A stretch of 64,000 nucleotides of DNA, taken from a virus. This document shows positions 20,762-29,097 of the stretch, one piece after another (position 1 is the first letter of the stretch; every line of letters starts with the position of its first letter). A program made the translations under genes and the position numbers. The stretch lies in the IMG/VR virus record IMGVR_UViG_3300027396_000022, positions 14,773 through 78,772 of that record, one strand, 5' to 3'. The notes under the pieces were generated by a model. That model saw only the letters and a list, made by a program, of their open reading frames with translations. It had not been told where the DNA came from and did not search any database.

Positions 20762-21682
20762 ATGAGTGTTTATCTTGGACATCGAGGGCGAATTGAACTG
20801 CAGCGCACTGGGCAGTCAAAGATTGTCACCAATGTATTGGCTAATCATGTCAATGCCGATTTAGATCGGCTTCAATTGGATTTTGGTCAAGAGAACGGAG
20901 TGGATTTATTATGCCCTTTTAATAATGGCGATGAGATAGAATTTCGCGGGCCAATAAACGCCGCAGGAAATCGCACATTATTATCTTTTGTATCGGCTAG
21001 TGGCTGGTCAGATGGCAATCAGCATGGCTCTGGAAAATGGTTTGTTAATGTTGATGACCTAGGTGGAATACGCCTTTATTCAAGTTTTGAGGCAAGTCTG
21101 GCTGGAGATACTGGTACGTCTATTCCATTGGAAACACTTGCTAATGATATTGACAATGTAGAACTAGAGCTTGCAAATAATATCCCGCGCATACTAGGCA
21201 GGGCTATTTCTTGGGAATTAAATACAACCAGGGAGAATGTTGATACGACTGTATTAATGGATCAATTCAGGAGTCAATGGTCGAGTTTGATGTCTGGAAG
21301 TGGGCGAATTAATGCTCAATGGAATTACAGAGAAGAAGTTGGAGAAACCGGAATTGATATTTCCAATTATTTTCTACAGCTAGCTTTGCGTACTGAAATT
21401 GGGGCTCAGTTTAAGGCTCAATTGTTCCTTAAAACTCCTGGAGCTGGAGGCTTAAATCCAGACGGCACTGACGACGCGCTTTGGTATGACATTTCTGGAG
21501 TGGTTACGCAAGCGGGGGTGCAAGTGTCGCCAGATGCATTGATAGAAGTTGGAATAGATTTTATTACAACGGGACCAATTAAATTACTTGCTCGTACTAT
21601 TCCATTGGATGTTATCTTGCAGGAAAATGGAGATGATCTTTTGTTAGATGGTTTAGTTGCTGGCCGCCTCTTGCTAGAGTGA
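20762..21682 (+). CDS. Minor tail protein (tube-like fold with insertion)
   Basis: Homologous to 60454-61329 (MSVYLG..., FITTGPI). Confidence 0.6.
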   Translation: MSVYLGHRGRIELQRTGQSKIVTNVLANHVNADLDRLQLDFGQENGVDLLCPFNNGDEIEFRGPINAAGNRTLLSFVSASGWSDGNQHGSGKWFVNVDDLGGIRLYSSFEASLAGDTGTSIPLETLANDIDNVELELANNIPRILGRAISWELNTTRENVDTTVLMDQFRSQWSSLMSGSGRINAQWNYREEVGETGIDISNYFLQLALRTEIGAQFKAQLFLKTPGAGGLNPDGTDDALWYDISGVVTQAGVQVSPDALIEVGIDFITTGPIKLLARTIPLDVILQENGDDLLLDGLVAGRLLLE

Positions 21683-21710
21683 GGCATAGCGTAAAAAGCA
21701 GCGCTGAATT

Positions 21711-24035
21711 ATGGCCGACCTTAAAATTTCTCAACTTACAGAACTTGCTGCCGCTGATTTGGCAAGCGATGATGTGTTGGCTGTTGTTAATCTTGGCACT
21801 GGAGAAACGCGAAAAATCAAGGCCACTTCATTAATTAATAGAAGCGTAATTTTTCTTTCTGGCAGTACCATTTCTGGAAGTGCTGTTAATTTTAGTAGCG
21901 TTACTATTAGTGGAACATCTTTAGCAAGCGGCACAGTTTCGTCTGGTAATATTGCGTTTAATTCAATTACTGCTCAATTATTGGCAGACAATAGCGTCAA
22001 TGTAGTAGACAGCGCTCTGCCAGCGTCTGGTGAATTTTTAGGGCAATTTGCTACTACAACTGGAGATGATTTTATTTATGCATGGGATGGATCATCTTGG
22101 TCTCCTATTAAAGCGGCTGGATCTATTGCTTCTGTTAGTGGTGTAGCATCTGGCATTGTAAATATTGCTTCTATTACAACTAGCGGAAATGCCGTCATTA
22201 GTGGTTATTTATCTGCCACTACTTCCGGCTCTCAATTCCTAGCTGGGCCGACTGGAGCTGGAGGATCAGTATATTATCGCCCTATTGAATCTTCCGATCT
22301 TCCCATTGCTACCACGGCCCAAGCGGGAGCTGTCATTATCAATGGAAATGGCCTGACGCTAAGTGGCAACACTGTTGCCATTGACAATTTTATTTCCACT
22401 GCTTCTGGCTTTTTAGGCGTTGCAGTTAATGAATATGGCTTGATTACTCATACCAGGGCTGTTGTTGGAGCGGATCTCCCCATTGCTCAATCTGGAATTA
22501 CTGGAGCGGTTCAGCCCGGTACTGGCCTTGATGTGGATGGTGTGGGAACTATTGGCCATTCCAACTCCATTGCATCTGGAGTGGTAAACGGCATTACATT
22601 TGATACTGAAGGGCACATTACAAATGCCATCCCATTAATTGCAGCAGATATTCCAAATCTTGATGCCAGCAAGATAACGACTGGCACCCTTGACAATGCG
22701 CGCATAGCTGCTCAAAGTATTGTGGGCGCCAAACTGGCCGATAGGTCTACGGCGCAATTCGGTGATAATCAACCCACTGCAGAATATATTGGCCAGCTTT
22801 ATTTTAATAGCCTTTCACGAGATATTTATATTTGGGACGGCAACGTTTGGCAGCCGATTGGTATTTCAGTTGGTGAAATTGTATTCGCCGGTACATACGA
22901 TGCAGGTACCAATTTAGTTGCTTCTGTGACCAGCGATGGTTCTGCTGTTGGCTTAGTAGTTGGACAAGCACTGCCTGCTGCCGCCACTGCAAATAATAGA
23001 TATTATCTTGTTGTTTCGGAAGCAGGCACTGGCACTGGTAATGCACCAAATGTAGCGCTTGCACCTCCAGATATTATTCTTTCCAATGGAAGCGCATGGA
23101 CTGAAATTGACGTTAGTCAAACTCTTACTAACGTAACAGCAAACCAAGTTTCCTATACGCCCGCTGGAAACATTGCTGCAACAAATGTACAAGCGGCATT
23201 GGATGAATTAGATAATGAAAAGCTTGCCGTAAGCGGCGGGACAGTTACGGGAGTAATTACCCTTAGCAATACAAGTAGTGGCATTGCTTTTGAAGGCACT
23301 ACTGATAATGCTTTTGAGACTTTACTCAATGCTGTAGATCCAACCGCCGACAATACAATATTATTACCAAACCTTAGTGGCACATTAATTACCACCGGAG
23401 ATACGGCCACAATTAGTGGTGTCATGATTGCTAGTGGCACTATTACTAACGCCAAAATCAGTCCAACTGCGGCTATTGACGGAGCAAAAATTCAAGCAGC
23501 AAGCACGACGACGAGTGGCGTTGTTGTGTTAGTGGATTCAACTAGCAGCACAAGCACGTCTACTGCCGCCACTCCGAATTCAGTTAAGACTGCTTATGAT
23601 CTAGCAAATGCAGCGCTACCATCATCTGGTGGCACAATGACAGGAGCAATTACATTTGCCTCTGGACAAACTATTAGCGGATATGCACAACTAGCGAGTG
23701 CGCAAAGCTTTACTGCGGCTCAGCGGGGTTCAGTTGTTAGCGTTGCTGGAAGCGGAACTGTAACGCTTAATTTAGCATTGGGCAATAATTTTGCTGCCAC
23801 ATTGAGTGGAACCACTACTTATGCATTGCCGTCTGGAATGACTGCGGGCCAAAGCGGGGCTTTAGTGCTAACGCAAGATGGCACAGGAAGTCGCCTGGTT
23901 TCCTTCTCTGGATGGAAATTCCCTGGCGGGACAGCTCCAACTGCCACTACAACGGCATCGGGAGTTGACGTGGTTGTTTATTACGTCGAAAGTGCTTCTA
24001 GAATTAGCGCTCGCATGGTTAATGATGTGAAGTAG
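21711..24035 (+). CDS. Tail fibre protein A
   Basis: MADLKISQL start; Ser/Thr/Gly-rich repeats; AATPNSVKTAYD; C-terminal TQDGTGSR domain. Confidence 0.85.
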   Translation: MADLKISQLTELAAADLASDDVLAVVNLGTGETRKIKATSLINRSVIFLSGSTISGSAVNFSSVTISGTSLASGTVSSGNIAFNSITAQLLADNSVNVVDSALPASGEFLGQFATTTGDDFIYAWDGSSWSPIKAAGSIASVSGVASGIVNIASITTSGNAVISGYLSATTSGSQFLAGPTGAGGSVYYRPIESSDLPIATTAQAGAVIINGNGLTLSGNTVAIDNFISTASGFLGVAVNEYGLITHTRAVVGADLPIAQSGITGAVQPGTGLDVDGVGTIGHSNSIASGVVNGITFDTEGHITNAIPLIAADIPNLDASKITTGTLDNARIAAQSIVGAKLADRSTAQFGDNQPTAEYIGQLYFNSLSRDIYIWDGNVWQPIGISVGEIVFAGTYDAGTNLVASVTSDGSAVGLVVGQALPAAATANNRYYLVVSEAGTGTGNAPNVALAPPDIILSNGSAWTEIDVSQTLTNVTANQVSYTPAGNIAATNVQAALDELDNEKLAVSGGTVTGVITLSNTSSGIAFEGTTDNAFETLLNAVDPTADNTILLPNLSGTLITTGDTATISGVMIASGTITNAKISPTAAIDGAKIQAASTTTSGVVVLVDSTSSTSTSTAATPNSVKTAYDLANAALPSSGGTMTGAITFASGQTISGYAQLASAQSFTAAQRGSVVSVAGSGTVTLNLALGNNFAATLSGTTTYALPSGMTAGQSGALVLTQDGTGSRLVSFSGWKFPGGTAPTATTTASGVDVVVYYVESASRISARMVNDVK

Positions 24036-24045
24036 GAGAAAACTA

Positions 24046-24189
24046 ATGATTCCAGGAAATATTAATTCTTTACTGCTTGCTGCCGATGCAGCGCCTACTG
24101 GTTATAGTATCTCACGTTCACTGCGGTTCAACAGTAGTGACAGTGACTTGTGGCAAAACCTTTGTAATACACAGGAGGCAGCAAAATGA
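24046..24189 (+). pseudogene. 47-aa N-terminal stub of a fibre-associated adhesin gene, interrupted at the FNSSDS site
   Basis: MIPGNINSLLLAADAAPTGYSISRSLRFNSSDS|DLWQNLCNTQEAAK*; RBS AGGAG; homologous stub at 63796. Confidence 0.7.
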
Positions 24190-24253
24190 CTATCCCAGGA
24201 AGCGCAATATCTCTTCTTCTTGCAGGCGCAGCTACCGACCCTAACCTTGTCGA
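24127..24253 (+). repeat. Direct repeat, copy 1 (identical to 63874-64000)
   Basis: 127/127 nt identical by direct comparison; identity starts abruptly at TTCAACAGTAGTGACAGTG. Confidence 0.95.
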
Positions 24254-25715
24254 GATCTACGCCTGGGGCGGTGGCGGTGGGAGCGGCTATGCAGGTGGAT
24301 CAGGTGCTGGCGGAGGCGGTGGTGCGGTTTACGCAACTGCTGTAATAAGCCCATCTCAGGTTTACAACGTCATTGTCGGTGGCGGCGGTTTAACAATGGC
24401 ACCCAATGCAGGCACGGGCGGCACCGTGTCCGGCGGCGGTGGATTAGCTGGCACAAGTGGCTATGGCGGCCAAGGCGGCGGATATTCAGGGATTTTTATT
24501 GGCGCTGCAGCAACCCAAAATGCCGCGCTTGTTATTGCCGGTGGTGGTGGTGGTGGCGCTTATGAAGGTGCTGCCGGTGGCGCTGGTGGTGGATCTACAG
24601 GTGCCGCAGGAGGCAGCGGAGCTGCTGCTGGTGGCGGAGGCGGAACGCAAAGTGCAGGTGGCACCTCTTCGCATTCGGGTGTTGGCACTGCGCTGAAAGG
24701 AGGCGATTGCGGAACATCGGGAGACGGTGGAGGCGGCGGCGGTGGAGGCGGCGGTTATTGGGGCGGCGGTGCTGGCTCTGGAGCAAACCCTGGCTCAGCC
24801 GGTGGTGGCGGTTCTGGGTATATCAACACGCTGCAAACACTAACCGGCACGCTTTACGCAGGTTCTGGTGCTACTCCAGGAAATAGCGGCAGTTCTTTTA
24901 GAGGAAGCTATGGCAATGGCGGGGCCAGCGGCGCGAACAACGGCTTGCAAGGTGTTGTTATTATTCGCTATCAAGGCACACCGCGCTATACAGGCGGGAC
25001 GATCACTCAATCTGGCGGGTACACAACACATACATTTACAGCAAATGGCTATCTAAATCTGAATACGGTTCTTTTGATGCCATTCAAGACATCGGCAACT
25101 GCAGACCATTCCCCCATTCCAAAGACAGTCACCATGAACGGTACTGTCACGATTTCATCGACTCAGTCAAAGTATTATGGTGCTAGCGCCTATTTCTCCA
25201 ATGGAAACTGGCTGTCTGTCGCCGCTTCAAACGATTTTCTTTTTGCAGCTAATGATTTTACGATGGAATTGTGGATTTACCCAACCACAAACGCTTATGA
25301 TATCTTTGGTGCTCTGGGGGGAAAACTTGCGCTTGGCTTGATTATTGGCAATTCATATAACTTTTCCAGGGCCGATGGAACAATCACTTTTGCCGACGAC
25401 GGCTCGGGCGGCATTGTTACTAATTACCCGAATCAAAACTCAGTGAGCGGGCCAATGGTGGTCAACCAATGGCAGCACCTTGCGTTTGTCCGCAGTGGCA
25501 CGTCATTTTTGATATTTAGAGACGGTCAGCTTTTAAGCACCACAACTGTCAGCTCTTCCAATAATAACGTCGGCAGCAGTTCTCTCGCCATGGGAATTGG
25601 GCGTTTAACTGGATCAACCAATAGGCCAGTCACTGGATACATCCAAGATCTTGCTGTTTATAAGGGTTATGCAAAATACACCGGAACGTTTACGCCTCCA
25701 GGTCCCCTTACATAA
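24186..25715 (+). CDS. Glycine-rich plus LamG/concanavalin A-like putative adhesin (receptor-binding protein)
   Basis: WGGGGGSG..GGGGG motifs to about aa 290; then SKYYGASAYF, DFTMELWIYP, WQHLAFVRSG, GYIQDLAVYKG; RBS CAGGAGG. Confidence 0.8.
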   Translation: MTIPGSAISLLLAGAATDPNLVEIYAWGGGGGSGYAGGSGAGGGGGAVYATAVISPSQVYNVIVGGGGLTMAPNAGTGGTVSGGGGLAGTSGYGGQGGGYSGIFIGAAATQNAALVIAGGGGGGAYEGAAGGAGGGSTGAAGGSGAAAGGGGGTQSAGGTSSHSGVGTALKGGDCGTSGDGGGGGGGGGGYWGGGAGSGANPGSAGGGGSGYINTLQTLTGTLYAGSGATPGNSGSSFRGSYGNGGASGANNGLQGVVIIRYQGTPRYTGGTITQSGGYTTHTFTANGYLNLNTVLLMPFKTSATADHSPIPKTVTMNGTVTISSTQSKYYGASAYFSNGNWLSVAASNDFLFAANDFTMELWIYPTTNAYDIFGALGGKLALGLIIGNSYNFSRADGTITFADDGSGGIVTNYPNQNSVSGPMVVNQWQHLAFVRSGTSFLIFRDGQLLSTTTVSSSNNNVGSSSLAMGIGRLTGSTNRPVTGYIQDLAVYKGYAKYTGTFTPPGPLT

Positions 25716-25728
25716 GGCATGTCAATTC

Positions 25729-25752
25729 TTCAATTACGCCCGCGCCCGCTGA
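25729..25752 (+). pseudogene. Orphan C-terminal remnant (FNYARAR*) of the displaced adhesin gene
   Basis: TTC AAT TAC GCC CGC GCC CGC TGA; matches the PF-x-YARAR end I recall for SRSLRFN-type phage LamG proteins. Confidence 0.5.
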
Positions 25753-25770
25753 CCCCACTAGAGAACAAGG

Positions 25771-26625
25771 TTAAAGCGTCGGCATTTCATAGTCCTGCGT
25801 TGTATTGCAGTAGTGCTTCCAAATAACCTCAGCCGTATTGCCGGCCCACTTTGCGACTTGCGCCACGGGTATTCCTGCCTCAATCCACCGGCTGATTGCT
25901 GTGTGGCGCAGATCGTAAGGCCGGTAACGGTGACTCGTTAATCCAGCAGTGTGCAATTCCTTGGCTCTGTCATAGAAAAAACTCTGGAACGCATACCTGT
26001 TGTACGGGAAAATATATTCATTGTCCTTGTCTACGGAATCAAGAATTTCTAAACACTTTTCGTTTAAAGGTACAACACGTTTCTTGTTTGTTTTTGTAGA
26101 AAACTTCAGGCCATGCGTAAGGGTGTAATTGCAATGGATCAATAACTTCCCATCCTTTAGGTCAGTCCACTTGGCAGCGCGAACTTCACCTGTACGCATT
26201 GCTGTCTGGAGCATAAATTCAGAGTAAGCCGACCAACGTGCGCCACATTTTGTTTGGCGAGCTTCTAGAGCAGTGAGTAAAAGCGCTACTTCGCTGCGTG
26301 GAATTACGATGATTTCTTCATCCATCTGGGGCGCCTTAGGCATCCGAAAACTGGCAATCGGATTTTTAGGCAGGTAGGCAATGTCTTCGCTGCTGGCCCA
26401 GCGATAAAGGGCCTTGACATACATAGCCACCCTGCGGCTGGACTTGACGGGCTGCTGGCTCAAAACCCATGTAAGAACCTGCCTGCCTTGCTCCAGTTCT
26501 GTAACCGGACAGCGACCGATCCACTTGTCGACTTGCCTGTAGTCCGCCATGAGACTGGTGGGACACAAGACAGCAGAACGCTCTGCGTGGAACTCGGCCC
26601 ATGCGCTTTGGAGGGTGTGTGGCAC
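25771..26625 (-). CDS. Tyrosine recombinase (284 aa, no evident arm-binding domain)
   Basis: MRTGE (R), KTNKKR (K), YDLRH (Y replacing H in HxxR), WAGNT, KHY (Y). Confidence 0.9.
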   Translation of the reverse strand: MPHTLQSAWAEFHAERSAVLCPTSLMADYRQVDKWIGRCPVTELEQGRQVLTWVLSQQPVKSSRRVAMYVKALYRWASSEDIAYLPKNPIASFRMPKAPQMDEEIIVIPRSEVALLLTALEARQTKCGARWSAYSEFMLQTAMRTGEVRAAKWTDLKDGKLLIHCNYTLTHGLKFSTKTNKKRVVPLNEKCLEILDSVDKDNEYIFPYNRYAFQSFFYDRAKELHTAGLTSHRYRPYDLRHTAISRWIEAGIPVAQVAKWAGNTAEVIWKHYCNTTQDYEMPTL

Positions 26626-26689
26626 AGTAGTCGCCTACAGGGCCGAGTAAAGTACCGCTATACGTGCCTCCTGTCTAGGTCCAGTACAG

Positions 26690-27199
26690 ATGTTCCTGTT
26701 AGACGGCAAGCCACTGAGCCCAGATGTGGCGTTCACCCACGACGGTGTTCAGTACCCCGCCAACTGGCTCCGGCTTGCTACTCCCGAGCAGCGTGCAGCG
26801 ATCGGCATCACCGAGGTGCCCGATCCCGCTCCAGTCGATCAGCGCTTCTACTGGGATACAGGCATCCCCAAGGACCACACCCAACTGGTCGAGCAGTGGA
26901 CGCAGCAGACCCGCACCACCGCCAACACCCTGCTGGCACCAACGGATTGGATCATCATCCGCGAGGCTGACAACGGCAAACCTGCTGATCCCGTGCTACG
27001 CACCTGGCGCGAGGAAATCCGCCTTGCATCAGGCAGCAAGGTCTACGAAATCAAGCAGACAGCTGACACCGCTGCACTAGCTGCTTACATTACCGGCGCC
27101 GACTACCCAGCTTGGCCCAGTGATCCCTACGCTCCTGCTCAGCCTGCTCCTACTGATGGGGTGGAGTTTTCTGGCAATGGCGTCACTAGCGGATTCTGA
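26690..27199 (+). CDS. Tail fibre assembly chaperone-like protein
   Basis: QYPANWLRL; LLAPTDWxIIR...WRExIR motifs. Confidence 0.65.
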   Translation: MFLLDGKPLSPDVAFTHDGVQYPANWLRLATPEQRAAIGITEVPDPAPVDQRFYWDTGIPKDHTQLVEQWTQQTRTTANTLLAPTDWIIIREADNGKPADPVLRTWREEIRLASGSKVYEIKQTADTAALAAYITGADYPAWPSDPYAPAQPAPTDGVEFSGNGVTSGF

Positions 27200-27201
27200 T
27201 C

Positions 27202-27339
27202 ATGGCGGTAAAAAGTAAAACAGCTCTTGGGCGCGTCGAGCACAAAGCCGGACGTCCAAAAACAACTTCACAAGGTTTTGGTCAGCACAGCCGTCCACGC
27301 CGTCGCGGCAAGAAAAAGCTGGTCGGCCAAGGGCGCTAA
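27202..27339 (+). CDS. Small basic protein (45 aa)
   Basis: Read by hand: MAVKSKTALGRVEHK...RRRGKKKLVGQGR. Confidence 0.6.
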   Translation: MAVKSKTALGRVEHKAGRPKTTSQGFGQHSRPRRRGKKKLVGQGR

Positions 27340-27370
27340 ATTAGTAAAAAGGTCGGCGGTATGCCTCGCA

Positions 27371-27622
27371 ATGGAACACCACGAGGAAGTACATTCCGCC
27401 GCACCACAACAACCTAGTCTGATCAATCAGGCTGTACCGGCATTGCTTGCTACGGCTGTGGTGGGCTTAGCCGGTCTTTTTATGCAAGTTGCCAAGCTGG
27501 ATCAATCGGTAAACACGGTTGCCGCCGATATTCAGGAGTTAAAAAACGACAGCAAGGAACGGCTATCGGACCTTGAAGGTAGGGTTAGGTACATTGAAAT
27601 GTCGATTGGCAAGAGCAAATAA
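27371..27622 (+). CDS. Single-TM coiled-coil protein (lysis region)
   Basis: Hydrophobic AVPALLATAVVGLAGLF followed by a coiled coil. Confidence 0.6.
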   Translation: MEHHEEVHSAAPQQPSLINQAVPALLATAVVGLAGLFMQVAKLDQSVNTVAADIQELKNDSKERLSDLEGRVRYIEMSIGKSK

Positions 27623-27654
27623 CAGCTTTACACTGAAGGAAACGCGATTCCGCC

Positions 27655-27792
27655 ATGGATCCGACCACTGCTGCTGTCATTGCCATCATCATCGCTGCTG
27701 GGTCTGAAATCATCAGCCTGCTGCCGATCAAAGAGAACGGGTGGATTCAACTCATTCTTAAGGCGCTTAAGGTGCTATTCCCAAAGCGCTGA
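27655..27792 (+). CDS. Putative small holin (45 aa)
   Basis: MDPTTAAVIAIIIAAGSEIISLLPIKENGWIQLILKALKVLFPKR; upstream of the endolysin. Confidence 0.6.
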   Translation: MDPTTAAVIAIIIAAGSEIISLLPIKENGWIQLILKALKVLFPKR

Positions 27793-28070
27793 AAGCTGAC
27801 ACGGTATGGCTGGCGCGATTTGGCCAGAAAACTTGGCGTGATCAACTGCGTAAGGCTGCGCAAGATTACAAGTTTGAAAAAACGCTGGGTCCACGGCTAG
27901 ATCGCGCTGAGGCCGATTGGCATAAGGCACAACCACAGGAACCGGCGCCTGTCATCGTGCATGAACTACCCGATCCTGAGCTACAGACTGGTGATAGCCG
28001 TTTGCTTGGCGGCGCCATGAGTATTCACGCACCTTGGAGCGATGACGCAAAACGCAATCAGGCTGATTGA
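27780..28070 (+). CDS. Probable -1 frameshift extension of the holin
   Basis: C_CCA_AAG at 27780-27786; 99-codon open frame (27771-28070) with no start codon at its 5' end. Confidence 0.5.
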   Translation, partial: PKALKADTVWLARFGQKTWRDQLRKAAQDYKFEKTLGPRLDRAEADWHKAQPQEPAPVIVHELPDPELQTGDSRLLGGAMSIHAPWSDDAKRNQAD

Positions 28071-29091
28071 TCTGTTTCGGTATTACAAGGCATTACCGCA
28101 TCAGATGGCTGCAATTACGGAATTGGAATCCGTGATTTCAAAGGCGAATCCGCATATCTTTAGCCGTGATCAGAGCTGGTTCAAAACGTGGAGTCAAAGC
28201 GGAAAACAGGAAGACAATGATCTACAGCCAGCACTGGAGCTGATTAAGAAATTTGAAGGTTCCAGGCTTGAGGCGTATTTATGTCCGGCGAATGTCTGGA
28301 CAATCGGTTATGGCCACACTGGCCCGAACGTAAAGCCTGGGCTGAAGATCACGCAGGCAGATGCAGAGGCGTTATTGCTGTCTGATGTTGAGCGCTTTGC
28401 GCGTGCTGTTGATACGTGGATCAAGGTAAAACTGAGCAATAATCAACGTTGCGCCCTGATTAGTTTTACGTTCAATGTGGGCATTGGTGCGCTGCAGGAA
28501 AGCACACTGCGTAAGCGTTTGAACAACGGCGAGGATGCCGTCAAGGTGGCAATGGAAGAGCTGCCACGGTGGAACAAAGGTGACAGCAAGATCCTTGAGG
28601 GTTTGGTGCGGCGTCGCAAGGCAGAGGTTGATTTGTTTTGCCGTGGCGTGAAGCCTTTGACTGATGATGTGAAGTTAACGCCCAATAAGCCGTTTAGCTT
28701 TAAGGTGACGCCACACATTGCCTATGGCGAGCTGGCATTAAATGAAGAGGCCAGACGTTTTACTAAGCAACATCAGTGCGATACGGCGATTGTTCTGTGT
28801 AATTTTCTTGAAAAGGCTCGCGTTGCGTTTGGCAATAAACCCATTGTGATTACCAGTGGATATAGACCGCCGAAGGTAAATGCATCTGTAGGCGGTGCAT
28901 CTAGATCGGAACATCTTTACGATGCGCCTGATACTGGAGCTGTTGATTTTTACATTGAAGGCGTCAATATTTACGATCTTCAGGAATGGTGCAAGGCTCA
29001 CTGGCCGTTCAGCTTGGGGCTAGGTGCGCCAAAAGGTTTCGTCCACTGTGGAATCCGCCCCGGTCGGCCTAAAGTCGTTTGGATTTATTGA
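28042..29091 (+). CDS. Endolysin: GH24 lysozyme plus peptidase M15-like domain
   Basis: IKKFEG..AY..WTIGYGHT, GLVRRRKAE; ITSGYR..N..VGGA..SEH..AVD..FVH. Confidence 0.9.
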   Translation: MTQNAIRLIDLFRYYKALPHQMAAITELESVISKANPHIFSRDQSWFKTWSQSGKQEDNDLQPALELIKKFEGSRLEAYLCPANVWTIGYGHTGPNVKPGLKITQADAEALLLSDVERFARAVDTWIKVKLSNNQRCALISFTFNVGIGALQESTLRKRLNNGEDAVKVAMEELPRWNKGDSKILEGLVRRRKAEVDLFCRGVKPLTDDVKLTPNKPFSFKVTPHIAYGELALNEEARRFTKQHQCDTAIVLCNFLEKARVAFGNKPIVITSGYRPPKVNASVGGASRSEHLYDAPDTGAVDFYIEGVNIYDLQEWCKAHWPFSLGLGAPKGFVHCGIRPGRPKVVWIY

Positions 29092-29097
29092 TGCCTC

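Larger units (their letters stand above)
1..24126 (+). mobile_element. Phage segment A (partial siphovirus: glycosyltransferases, DUF2213/DUF2184 head, tail, fibre)
   Basis: Co-oriented virion gene cluster; no terminase or portal of its own inside the window. Confidence 0.85.

Noticed and set aside
24127-24253. Phage terminal direct repeat from DNA packaging
   Set aside because: The repeat starts inside a tail gene at a codon motif shared with a different phage, far from the terminase region.
24260-24830. GGC/GGT tandem repeats as a microsatellite or CRISPR array
   Set aside because: They are polyglycine codons; I saw no repeat-spacer array anywhere in the window.
24186-25715. Diversity-generating retroelement target
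   Set aside because: No reverse transcriptase and no template/variable repeat pair with adenine-specific differences; the only long repeat seen is exact.
25771-26625. Ordinary lysogeny integrase with attP
   Set aside because: No adjacent repressor, excisionase or tRNA-like core, and the gene is embedded between adhesin and fibre chaperone. Disfavoured rather than excluded.
24046-26690. Gin/shufflon-type invertible tail-fibre segment
   Set aside because: I found no inverted copy of the site flanking the cassette and no silent reverse-strand adhesin cassette.
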